Of a stretch of 64,000 nt of DNA, positions 27,264 to 37,000 are shown piece by piece (the stretch's first letter is position 1; every line of letters starts with the position of its first letter). Source of the stretch: a virus; the UHGV virus genome UHGV-0020019, one strand, 5' to 3'. Made by a program: the position numbers and the translations under genes. The notes beneath the pieces were generated by a model. It was given only the letters and a program-made list of their open reading frames with translations. It was not told the DNA's origin and did no database searches.

Positions 27264-28535
27264 ATGACACAATTTTTAGATTATGAAGGTTTGAAAACCT
27301 TCGCAAAAACCATTGATTCAAAGTTTGTTCGTAAAGATGGTATTGACACAACATTCGCAGAAGTTGTTACTTCACTACCAACAGACATTACAAAAATTAA
27401 GAAGCACCTTTATTTGGTGAAGAATAGTGATGGCGCAGTAACACAGAACAACTATGGTGAGTATATCTATACTGGCGAAGTTGGCGCAGGCAAAACCTAT
27501 GATGCTTCTAAGTGGGAAAAACTTGGTGACTTTAGAGCAAGCATAGACTTGAAGGATTATTCTAAGAAGTTAGAAACTATCAAAGATATTGAGCAGCAGA
27601 CAAACACTTCAGGCATCGACCAGAATGTATACCTAACTATCACTAAGGCTGATGGAAATTCCACAGATATAAGCATTGGTGCAGCGAGTGAGTCTCAGGC
27701 TGGTGTGATAACCGCGGCTAACCTCAAGAAGTTGAATGGTATTGCTGAAGGAGCTAACAAGACTATTGTGGATAGTACCCTCTCTTCCACCTCTACCAAT
27801 CCTGTACAGAACAAAGTTATCAACTCCAACTTGACTACCATTAATAGTGAACTGAGCAAGAAAGCTACTAAGAATGTGGCAACTACATCTGCTGATGGTC
27901 TTATGTCCGCCGCAGATAAGAAGGCTTTTGACATCTTGAAGGGAAGATACCCTCTTAGCATAAGCTCTTTCACTGCATCTCCATCTTTGCTTGAGGTCGG
28001 GGCATCCGCAGACATCACTTTTACATGGGCATTGAGTAATACAGACTTCCATGACAGCTACTCACAAGAAATTGTTGTAGATGGTGCTGCTCCAGTATCA
28101 GTAGAGAAGGGCAAAGTCACCTACAAGAAGACTGCTTTAGCAGGAGCTACATCTGCAACCACAAAGTCTGCCGTTATAAGCATTACGGAGACAGGCAAGA
28201 CTGCCATCACTAAGAGTGTATCAATAACATACCATTATCCAACATACATTGGTGTGGTAGCTAATGGCACCACGGTGAATGAGACTCTTATCAAAGGGCT
28301 AACGAAGAGTATAGAGTGGGAAAAAAACAAGACTTCCACACTTAGCCAGACCAATCAACTTATTGTGTATGCTTATCCTAAGAGCTATGGCACACTTGTC
28401 TCTATAAAGGATGGCAACGGCTTTGAAGGCATTGGTGGCTATGCGGTAAGCACCATGACAGTAGATGGACAGGACTACTACGTATATGTACAAAAACTTC
28501 CTGCCACAGCATCTTCAACATATAAATTCGCTTAA
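27264..28535 (+). CDS. tail fibre protein (423 aa) with phage-tail-fibre attachment repeats
   Basis: Contains 'SQAGVITAANLKKLNGIAEGANKTIVDSTLSSTSTNPVQNKVINSNL' and 'ATTSADGLMSAADKKAFD' (the GLMSAADK.KLDGI phage-fibre repeat). N-terminus 'MTQFLDYEGLKTF' is homologous to the N-terminus of the 366-aa protein. Beta-rich C-terminal receptor-binding-like region. GC-richer composition. Confidence 0.6.
   Translation: MTQFLDYEGLKTFAKTIDSKFVRKDGIDTTFAEVVTSLPTDITKIKKHLYLVKNSDGAVTQNNYGEYIYTGEVGAGKTYDASKWEKLGDFRASIDLKDYSKKLETIKDIEQQTNTSGIDQNVYLTITKADGNSTDISIGAASESQAGVITAANLKKLNGIAEGANKTIVDSTLSSTSTNPVQNKVINSNLTTINSELSKKATKNVATTSADGLMSAADKKAFDILKGRYPLSISSFTASPSLLEVGASADITFTWALSNTDFHDSYSQEIVVDGAAPVSVEKGKVTYKKTALAGATSATTKSAVISITETGKTAITKSVSITYHYPTYIGVVANGTTVNETLIKGLTKSIEWEKNKTSTLSQTNQLIVYAYPKSYGTLVSIKDGNGFEGIGGYAVSTMTVDGQDYYVYVQKLPATASSTYKFA
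27684..27929 (+). repeat. two copies of the phage tail-fibre repeat motif within the 423-aa fibre gene
   Basis: Repeat 1 spans aa 141-190 and repeat 2 spans aa 205-222 (GLMSAADKK). A third copy lies in the next gene at 29109-29267 with about 75% nucleotide identity. Confidence 0.5.
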
Positions 28536-28553
28536 AGATAGGAGACAAAAATT

Positions 28554-29684
28554 ATGGCATTTATTATTAATCAAGGGTTTGACTTGAAATCACCTCAATT
28601 TAACTTTGAGCGTGATTATTTCAATAGCGTAGCAGAACTTAAAGCTGCAAAAGAAGATTGGTTTCCAAACAACTTTATAACAAATGTGGGTGGTACATTG
28701 TACCAATTAAAAAAGAGCAATAGTGTAGATGATACCACTGGTAAGTGGAGAATACTTAAAGTTGCTCCTGACTCCACTTACTCACATCCAACAGGTTCTG
28801 CTCCAAACAAAGCATTAGGTTTCTACAAGTTTAGTACAGATGCAACATCACATATAAGTAGTGTGTCTGCTGTTACCAAGGATGATATTACTAAGTTGGG
28901 CATCCCAAGTGCAAATACACATTACACCACTAAGCTTATTGTTGGTAATTCTATTACTGCTACCAATAATGCTGCTGCAACCAATGGTAATGTATGGCTT
29001 AACCTCTTGGATGACACAACATTAAGAGAGAAACATAATATCGTAGGTACAGGCAGAGCTAGTGTCACTTCAGATGCTAATGGTAAAATTACTATCGAAG
29101 TACAAAACTACGGTACAGCTACCACTTCTGCGGATGGCTTGATGGCAAGCATAGATAAAGAAAAATTAGATGGTATTGCTAAAGGAGCTAATAAAACTGT
29201 TGTTGATAGTACATTAAGTGCAAGTTCTACTAATCCTGTACAGAACAAGGCTATTAAAACTGCATTAGATGGTAAAGCAGATAGTGATGTTGGAGTGTTT
29301 ACAGTAGGTGTTACTACTCCTGTACTTACTGTTAATGCTAGTACTGCTGATGAACCAAGTAAGAACAAGATATATGCAACTGGAGAAAATGGTACAGCAG
29401 ATATTATAATACAACACGCTAATTCTACTGGTGCAGTAAATGAAGTAGTTAAAGTCAATGTAGATGGTATAGTTGTTAATGCACACAGTGCTCCTATAGG
29501 AGCAATAGGAGATGTTAACAATCAAGATTGGACACTTACAGGGCAAAAAACTGATATTACTGGTAATTCTATCACTTCGCCTAAGATTGTTAAGGTTGGT
29601 GGTACAAGTCAGCAAATCCTCATGGCTGATGGTAGTGTAGCTACACGTATAACCGAGGATGAAATACAAGCTTTATTTAATTAA
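28554..29684 (+). CDS. tail fibre protein (376 aa) with attachment repeat and C-terminal 'RITEDEIQALFN' tag
   Basis: 'GTATTSADGLMASIDKEKLDGIAKGANKTVVDSTLSASSTNPVQNKAIKTALDGKAD' is homologous to the repeat in the 423-aa protein. Thr/Val/Asn-rich beta sequence. Confidence 0.6.
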   Translation: MAFIINQGFDLKSPQFNFERDYFNSVAELKAAKEDWFPNNFITNVGGTLYQLKKSNSVDDTTGKWRILKVAPDSTYSHPTGSAPNKALGFYKFSTDATSHISSVSAVTKDDITKLGIPSANTHYTTKLIVGNSITATNNAAATNGNVWLNLLDDTTLREKHNIVGTGRASVTSDANGKITIEVQNYGTATTSADGLMASIDKEKLDGIAKGANKTVVDSTLSASSTNPVQNKAIKTALDGKADSDVGVFTVGVTTPVLTVNASTADEPSKNKIYATGENGTADIIIQHANSTGAVNEVVKVNVDGIVVNAHSAPIGAIGDVNNQDWTLTGQKTDITGNSITSPKIVKVGGTSQQILMADGSVATRITEDEIQALFN

Positions 29685-29746
29685 ATACATTATGTACATA
29701 GGAATTATATCATTAATTCCTATGTACATCTCTAAATATAACATAT

Positions 29747-30847
29747 ATGGCACAATATTTAGATTTAGATGGGCTAAGAAAGTTCAAGGAACAAGCAGAT
29801 GCAGCATATCTGCCAATCAAAGGTACAATTCCATTGACAGGTTCTATTAATCTTACTACTGAAAGCGTAGCGAGCTTAGGTATTAAGTATGCTAAGGTGG
29901 CTAATAATAGTATCAACTTCTATGTTATAGCAGATAGTAGTGGTAAATTGCCATCATCAGAAACCCGCATAAATATAAACTCTGATATTACATCTCTTGT
30001 AGGTGCAGAGGGTGCTAATGTTGGTGATTTATTTGTCATAGGCAAACTTAGTTTGAAGCCTGTATATAAGATAATTCCTCTTAATGATGCTAAGGTTGCA
30101 AGTTCTGAATTTAAGGGTACAGAAGGTATTGTTACCCCATGGGATAAGGAGCAGATAAACAAGATAGCTTCTATTGAATCTACTGCTAGTGCTGCAAAGA
30201 ATAATCTGCCTACTTATTCTGAAAGAAATATGAATAATGCCTTACAGACAGGTGTATATCCTTGGTGTACTCTTGGTAGACCTGCTGGTTCTACGGGTGC
30301 ATATACATTGCTTGTTCTTACATCTACTACGCAAGATAATAATGGTTATACGACTATAGAACAAACCGCATATGGCAGAGAGAGTGATGAAATTGGTAAA
30401 ATATTTAAAAGAATTATATTCAAGAAAAGTAGTGGGGTTCAATTTGGAGATTGGATAAATGTGACAGGTGGTAGTATTAAAAATAAAGTAAAAACTTACG
30501 TAGTTAATAAGGATAGCATTACACTAACGTCTGATACCAAGTTCCATTTTAATATTCCTGATGATATGGTTGGAAGCGGAATACTTGATATACGTGCTGT
30601 TCTACCTTGCTTTATAATGCCACAAGGTGACACTTCTGAACCCGATAGAATATATTATTTTCCACTAAGTGCTTTAGGATATAGAATTAATTATGCAGAA
30701 CAAATAGCTGATAATAGCACAGGAGATTCAGTTATTGAAATAGTTGTTAACAATAACATAGTTTATAATAGTAAAGATTGCAACATTAGTTTGTATAATG
30801 GTTTTTATATAGAAATAGATTATATTCCTATGTATTCTACAAGCTAG
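29747..30847 (+). CDS. tail fibre / receptor-binding protein (366 aa)
   Basis: N-terminus 'MAQYLDLDGLRKFKEQADAAYLPIKG' is homologous to 'MTQFLDYEGLKTFAKTIDSKFVRKDG' of the 423-aa fibre. It is the last gene of the + block before a strong terminator. Confidence 0.5.
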   Translation: MAQYLDLDGLRKFKEQADAAYLPIKGTIPLTGSINLTTESVASLGIKYAKVANNSINFYVIADSSGKLPSSETRININSDITSLVGAEGANVGDLFVIGKLSLKPVYKIIPLNDAKVASSEFKGTEGIVTPWDKEQINKIASIESTASAAKNNLPTYSERNMNNALQTGVYPWCTLGRPAGSTGAYTLLVLTSTTQDNNGYTTIEQTAYGRESDEIGKIFKRIIFKKSSGVQFGDWINVTGGSIKNKVKTYVVNKDSITLTSDTKFHFNIPDDMVGSGILDIRAVLPCFIMPQGDTSEPDRIYYFPLSALGYRINYAEQIADNSTGDSVIEIVVNNNIVYNSKDCNISLYNGFYIEIDYIPMYSTS

Positions 30848-31030
30848 CTTTGCGCCCATCTAAAGTGAATTAAGATTATAAAGTATGATACCAATAAATT
30901 ATTTGAAGCTTAAAGATTTTGATATTAGTTATATAACATAATTAATTACTTACTTTTTTGTTTTATAGGGATTTGACATTTAATAGTAAACATTGAAATT
31001 ATGAAAGCAAGCAACAGATTAATTGAAAAA

Positions 31031-31068
31031 ATAAGTGGAAGGCTACTTTAGCTTTCCACTTATTTTTT
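31031..31068. terminator. bidirectional rho-independent terminator between the convergent fibre operon (+) and the 2450-aa giant gene (-)
   Basis: 'ataagtggaa' (31031-31040) pairs with 'ttccacttat' (31054-31063), with an inner 'gct/agc' extension, giving a stem of about 13 bp. It is flanked by 'aaaaa' upstream and 'tttttt' downstream. It abuts the stop codon of the minus-strand gene. Confidence 0.55.
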
Positions 31069-34000
31069 ATCTACAATCTTCAATAGTCCTTATCCAGGCT
31101 TCTATATCATTTTCTGAAGTTCCAATAGCATCTACTTCTACATTTTTATCTTTTAAGAACTTTTCTAGGTCTGCTATTTTCTTAGGAGCATCTTTCCATT
31201 TGTTTCTTACAAGTTTCATAACTCTCAACATATACTTCTTATTCTTGATAAGGTCAGAGAATTTCTGAGTAGCTGCTTTATGTTCACTATTATCAAGTGC
31301 TTCTGAACTTGTATGAGTATAATCATCTTTATTACTTGTTTTCTCTTTAGTAAGGAGAGTCTTCTCATCAGTAGATTCCTCTGTAATAGTTGAAGAACTT
31401 GAATCCTCTGCTTGAATGATTTCTCCTGTTTCAGGATCTACAGTAAGTATGTCTTCCCCTAAATCCACATTCTTTACTTTACTAGTTTCTTCAATAACTT
31501 CCTTAGCTTTCTGTTCTCTAAGCTTCTTAGCTTCTTTCTCATTGATTTTCTTAATGAGTTCTCTAGCTTGTTCTTCAGAGGATTCCTTTACTTCTTTAGT
31601 GTTTCTATTAACTTTAATAGCTCTAGGAGTTTCACCTTCACTTAGGATAAAGTAATCCCATACACCTTGAGTCATAGAAGGAGATAGCTGATTGTCAAGA
31701 AGCATCTTGTTGTATCTAAGCTGCTTAAGAGTAGCTTCATCTGTTACTATCTCACCATTAAGAGAGAAAACACCATTCACTTCTCTATAATACTGATGCT
31801 TAAAGATTACCTGACTCTTATCACCATTCTTGAAATCACTATTATTACTACTTTTAGGTATATCATTAGTAGGAGATTCTGGTTTTATCCTCTTACCCTC
31901 ACCATCCAAACCATAGATACTATATGAGCTACCTACTGTACCAAAGAGTGCAGCGTCTGTCATTAATGCTCCTGCTTCATCATATTCCATAAGGGTAGGG
32001 ATGTCTCTAAGAACTGATGCTGTGATATTGATTCTAGGATTCATATCTTGGATATTCTTCATAAACTCTGCTCTATCAAAATTGTCATTAAGAACAAAAG
32101 TCTTCTGTACCTTTCCATCATGCACCAAAGATATTTCATCTCTGTTTTTTCTAAGTAAAATAGTATCTCCTTCCTTATCAAAGTAGAAGATTTTACTTAA
32201 TCCAATAACCGCATTAAGTCTTGTCTTGTAATTAGGAGAAGTAACTTCCTGCAAAAGAGTATTTATCTTATCTTTCAAGGAACCATCCCTCATCTCATTA
32301 TACTTTAAGACTTTCAAATATGAAGGAACCATCTTACCATTACTAGCAGGCATCAATACAAAAGCACTACCTAAATTACCCATTGGGTCTCTAGGAATCA
32401 TTACTTTATCAAGAGATGTTCCTACAACTAAGAACTTACTCATTTCCTGAATACCCCATGCTACAGAATCCAAGTCATAGTGCATAGGATTTCTAGCAGT
32501 ATCAGATAATAATTCCATAACACTTCTAAATTCAGAGTTATTATCATTTTCTGTCTGTCTAACTATATATCCAGGAATCAATGAAGCAGGTACTATCTCT
32601 GTACTAAGGTTCTCATTTACATAAAATCTTTCACTAGGATGTGCATCAAAGAATTGTTTTCTTTGTTTCTTTAAGTTCAATCCTTCAGAGATATATGGAT
32701 TCCAAAGCATATCATATAGTGCTAACTTACTGGCATTTCTATTACCATAGCCAGCAGTACCTATAATCAAATACTTTTTACCATTACTTTCAATAACACC
32801 TCCATTAGTATCATCATGGATTGCAGTAATACCCTTATTGATGTTATTGTCATAATCAAGTACCAGCATTAAATGACTCTGCATAGCTACATCATTAGTA
32901 GCATTATGCTCAGGCTTGACAGCCATAAACCTAACTTTAGCATTAGGATTTCTTCTTATGATTTTAGCTAGCTCATGGTCTATGATATTCTGTAATTTTA
33001 CACCTGCTGCATTCATCCAAGAATAGTACTGATTCATATTATCATTAGTTTCAGAACCTTTCTTTCTCTCAATGATACCATCATTCTGTAATACTGTAGG
33101 ATTATATTCACTCATAGCATTACCACTAAGAGTAGTAACACTGGTTTCTATATTATGCTGACCAATACCATTAAGTTCTGCTACATCTACATTATCATCA
33201 GATGAGTGTACTTCCTTGTCAGTAGAAGTAATATCCTCCAACTGTTCCTCAATAGTTTCAGACTTACCTTGAACACTATCACCATTATCAAAAAGATTCT
33301 TGTTACCAGTGTCAATACCCTTGGCAGCAAGGTCAGCTTCATTAGCTGCTTGTTGTCTTTCTATTGCCTTATCTATGTTGAACCCCTTCTTTGCCTTCAC
33401 TTGAGCTTTATCTTTGTCTCCTGCGAAGTTACCATTAAAATACCAATCTCCATCTATTTTCTCTAAGGAATCTGCAATGAATGGTATATTTTTCCTGTTT
33501 TTTTGTTCCTCCTTAGCAGTTTCATATTCTTCAGGAGTGATTTCTATAGAGGTATCTTTACCATCAACCTTGAAAGATATTTTATTATCCTCCTTGGCAA
33601 CAAGAAGTTTTCCTTTCTTAGGGCTTTCTGTAGTATAATACCACATATCACCCATGTCAATGCTTCCATTATTAAGGTCGTCATCCATTAAGGAGTTTGC
33701 ATTTTTGATACTGTCATCTGTCTGCTGTAAATCTTCCTCTTCTATAACCTGAGGACTTTTAATTTTGTCTATAGCCTTTTCTTCATCTTTACCTTCTTTC
33801 TCATCAGAAAAGTCAAAAGGTACATCCTCAAGACTGCTTTCATTAAGTCCTTCTTTAGTTGGAATGTTTTCATTTGTTTTCTTCTCAGCAGCTTTCTTTG
33901 CCTCATCTTCTGCCCTTTTCTTTTCTTCTTCTTTCTTTTTTTTCTCTTCCTTTTCTCTCTGCAACCTTTCCTTTCTTGCCTCAACAATAGAAGCATTTCT

Positions 34001-37000
34001 TTGATAACCTAAATTTTCAAGACCATTAAGAACATATTCCAAACTACTGGTAGCATCTGGATTATTAACATCATCAATAACCTTTTCAAGACTATCCAAT
34101 ATTTCAGATTTATTATTGGAGTTCTCTACAATAGTATCAATGTTCTTAAGAGTATTCTCTTTCCAGGTATCATCCCTATCTGATTGAGAAATTACAGCCA
34201 TTATATCATCTACAGTTTTTCCCCATTCCTTAGCGTCTGCTACCTGTTGCTGATATTGTGGAAGCAATGTGTCTTCATCAATAGTATCAAGTAGGGTAGA
34301 GTTAAGCTTTCTGAGAGTTTTAAAGACAAATTGATTCTTTGCTTCTTCTGTAATATCAGTATGACCTTTCATACCTTTATCAAACTCATTGATATAGTCT
34401 ACTATTGTCTCTGCATTTCTCTGATTAATCAGTTTATATGCAGCTTCAGCAGCCTGTGCTCTTTGAGCTTCTAACTCTACAGCAGCAGCTTCTGGATTTC
34501 TAGCCATTCTACTATAGGCATCTTGATTAGCATCTATCCTTTGAGTTAGTAAAGCAATATCCTGTACTTTCTGAAGGGCATCAGCATCTTTCATAAGAAG
34601 TTCCTTCTCCAATTTTTCAATCTCTCTTTGTTGCTCTTTGCTATACAATTCTCTGTTTTCTGCCTTCATTATTCTAGCTCTAGTTACTGGATCCAAAGAG
34701 AAGATTTCATCAGCAGTAAGAACCTTATCTTTAGTATCTTTAAAGGCATCAGTCTCTAAATTTCTCATACTAAATTGAAGTTCATTACTTTTAATAGAAG
34801 TTCTATAGATTAAATCCTCCAGATAGCTTTCCTGCTCTTTAGAAGCATCAAGTTTAGCTTTAGTATCTTTCTGCTTATTCTGTGCAGTAAGGATAGCATC
34901 ACTATTCCCTTCTCTTCTAGCTTGCTTACTTTCATCTATTGCTTTAATATACTCTTTATCAAGAGATTCTGTTTTCTTCCTCTGTTCTTCAAGTTCTTTC
35001 TCTATTTCTGCTTTCTGTTTATCATAGACTTTAACTAAGGATTGGGCATTTTTTACTCCACCAACACTGGCAATATTAATTCTAGCATCTTTAGGAGTAT
35101 CCATAGAAGAGGAATCATCTATCTCAGATTGCATTTTTTCTCTTCTTTCTTCCCAATGACCATTAAGAGCTTGCTGTACTTTCATCTTGGTTCTTACCTC
35201 TGGAGATATAGAAATACCATTATTCTTTTCAATCTTCTGAATCTCATCTTCTGCCTTATTAAATGCTTCTGATGCCTTTTGTAGCTTCTGAGCATTCTGA
35301 GCAATTTCATATAAAGCCTTCTGAGAAGTATACTCATCTTGCTCTATATCTGGGTGAGAAGCATAATATTGAGAAAGGAGATTAGAAATCTCTTCTTCAC
35401 TAAATGGATTCTTTCCTTCTTCAAGATTAAGCTGAGAAGCTTTTTCTATCAATGTCTTAGCATTCTGTACTACAGAAGACATAGTAGTTGGATCATTAGA
35501 ATCTTCACCTAATTTATCTAAAGTATTTACTGCATGAAGAGCCTTAATAAAATCTATAGTCTTCTGGTCTCCTAAGCTCTCAACATTCTCTGAGGCAATA
35601 TTGGAAGCTATCAAGTGCTCAATATCTACAAAGTCATTATATTCATCCAGGAGATTGTTTACATAATCAGCATGACTTCTTAAATCTCTTTCTGTCTGTT
35701 TCTTGCCATAGTAGGTATTAAGTACACCATTCTGAATGAAATAGTTCATCTGTCCTCTCCAGTCATTCCATTTACCAAGGTCTTTATACTTAACAGAACC
35801 ATCTTCATTCTTCAAAGGATTACCATTTTCATCTCTTTCTATCTCACGTCTAAAGTTATTCTTATAAGATTCTCTACCTTCCTTTGTAGCCAGTCTTGCA
35901 AGGTTAGCAAAGTTCGGAGTGAAGTTTACTATACTACCTAGGGCACCCACAGTACCAGCATTCCATGTAGTCTCCTGACCCATAGAGTTCTGTAAACCTT
36001 TTATGTAAGAATACATACCATCTGCAAAGCCATAAGTATTAGCTAAGGCTTCACCATTCTGATAGGAATGAAGATACCTATTGAAGCTATCCTCATTGAT
36101 TCTTTCAGCAGCATCTACTTGCATATCATCAGTACCATTAGTCCAGAAACCGCCCCAAGCCTGAGAGCCTAATGTTTTACCAAACTCTTTCCATTTATCT
36201 GCTCTAGTAAGGAATTTACTTATATCAGTAGTTAATCTCTTTCTACCTTCTGCTGTAGTTACCTCCTTTAATCCTTTAAGAGTAGTTGACATTTTCTTTG
36301 ATAATCCAGCAGGATTAGTATAGAGAAACTTTCTGTAACCCATAGTATTGACAAAGCCATACTTGATAGCTTCTGGCCAGAAAGTATTAAATGCTGCATC
36401 TCCTGCACCATCAATAGCTTTCTGCTGCAAGTTAGCATACTCCTTGGAAGACATTCTTTCCTTAATTCTATTTTGAACTAACTCTCCAAGAACAGCTTCC
36501 TGAGCTTTTGCATGAAGCATCTTGTCAAGAGCTTTTTCATCAGCAATTTGCATGCCTCCATCTCTATGCATTTGAGCAATATATTCTGCTTTTAAGCCAG
36601 CAGCTCTAGCCTTAATAAGTCTATCAACACTTGCTTTATAATTCTTATCAGTATTATACTGATTATAAATATCATTTCTACTAGCAGTCATTGCAGCTTC
36701 TTCAGCATTAGCTAGATTCTGCTGAAGTGTTTCCTGAAAAGTACCTCTATTATAAGCATAGGCAATACCCAAGGCACCTGCTGTTCCCTGGGCTACCTGG
36801 CCTACTTTAGTCTCTGCTGTAAGTAACTTACCTGTGGTATCCAAGACCTTACCAAAGCCTCTAGCCAATTTACCTACTTTACTGGCAGTGCTCAAAAATT
36901 TACCTACAGTACCAATACCAAAAGGAATAACCTGTGCAGAAGCATCTGCCAGACCAAAAGACATCATCTTAAAAGACTCATACCAAAGGTCACTATCTTC

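Noticed and set aside
1287-29669. Minus-strand ORFs overlapping + strand CDSs: 1287-1730, 3039-3476, 5619-6074, 9320-9793, 11899-12441, 20949-21386, 23569-23964, 27633-28052, 29108-29669
   Set aside because: Each lies fully antisense to a longer ORF that has recognisable motifs or operon context. None has a start-site context, and their composition is shadow-ORF-like.
27264-30847. Diversity-generating retroelement (DGR) targeting the fibre genes
   Set aside because: The repeated segments are protein-level conserved attachment motifs with ~75% identity. They are not a near-identical TR/VR pair with adenine-specific differences, and no reverse transcriptase ORF is in the window.
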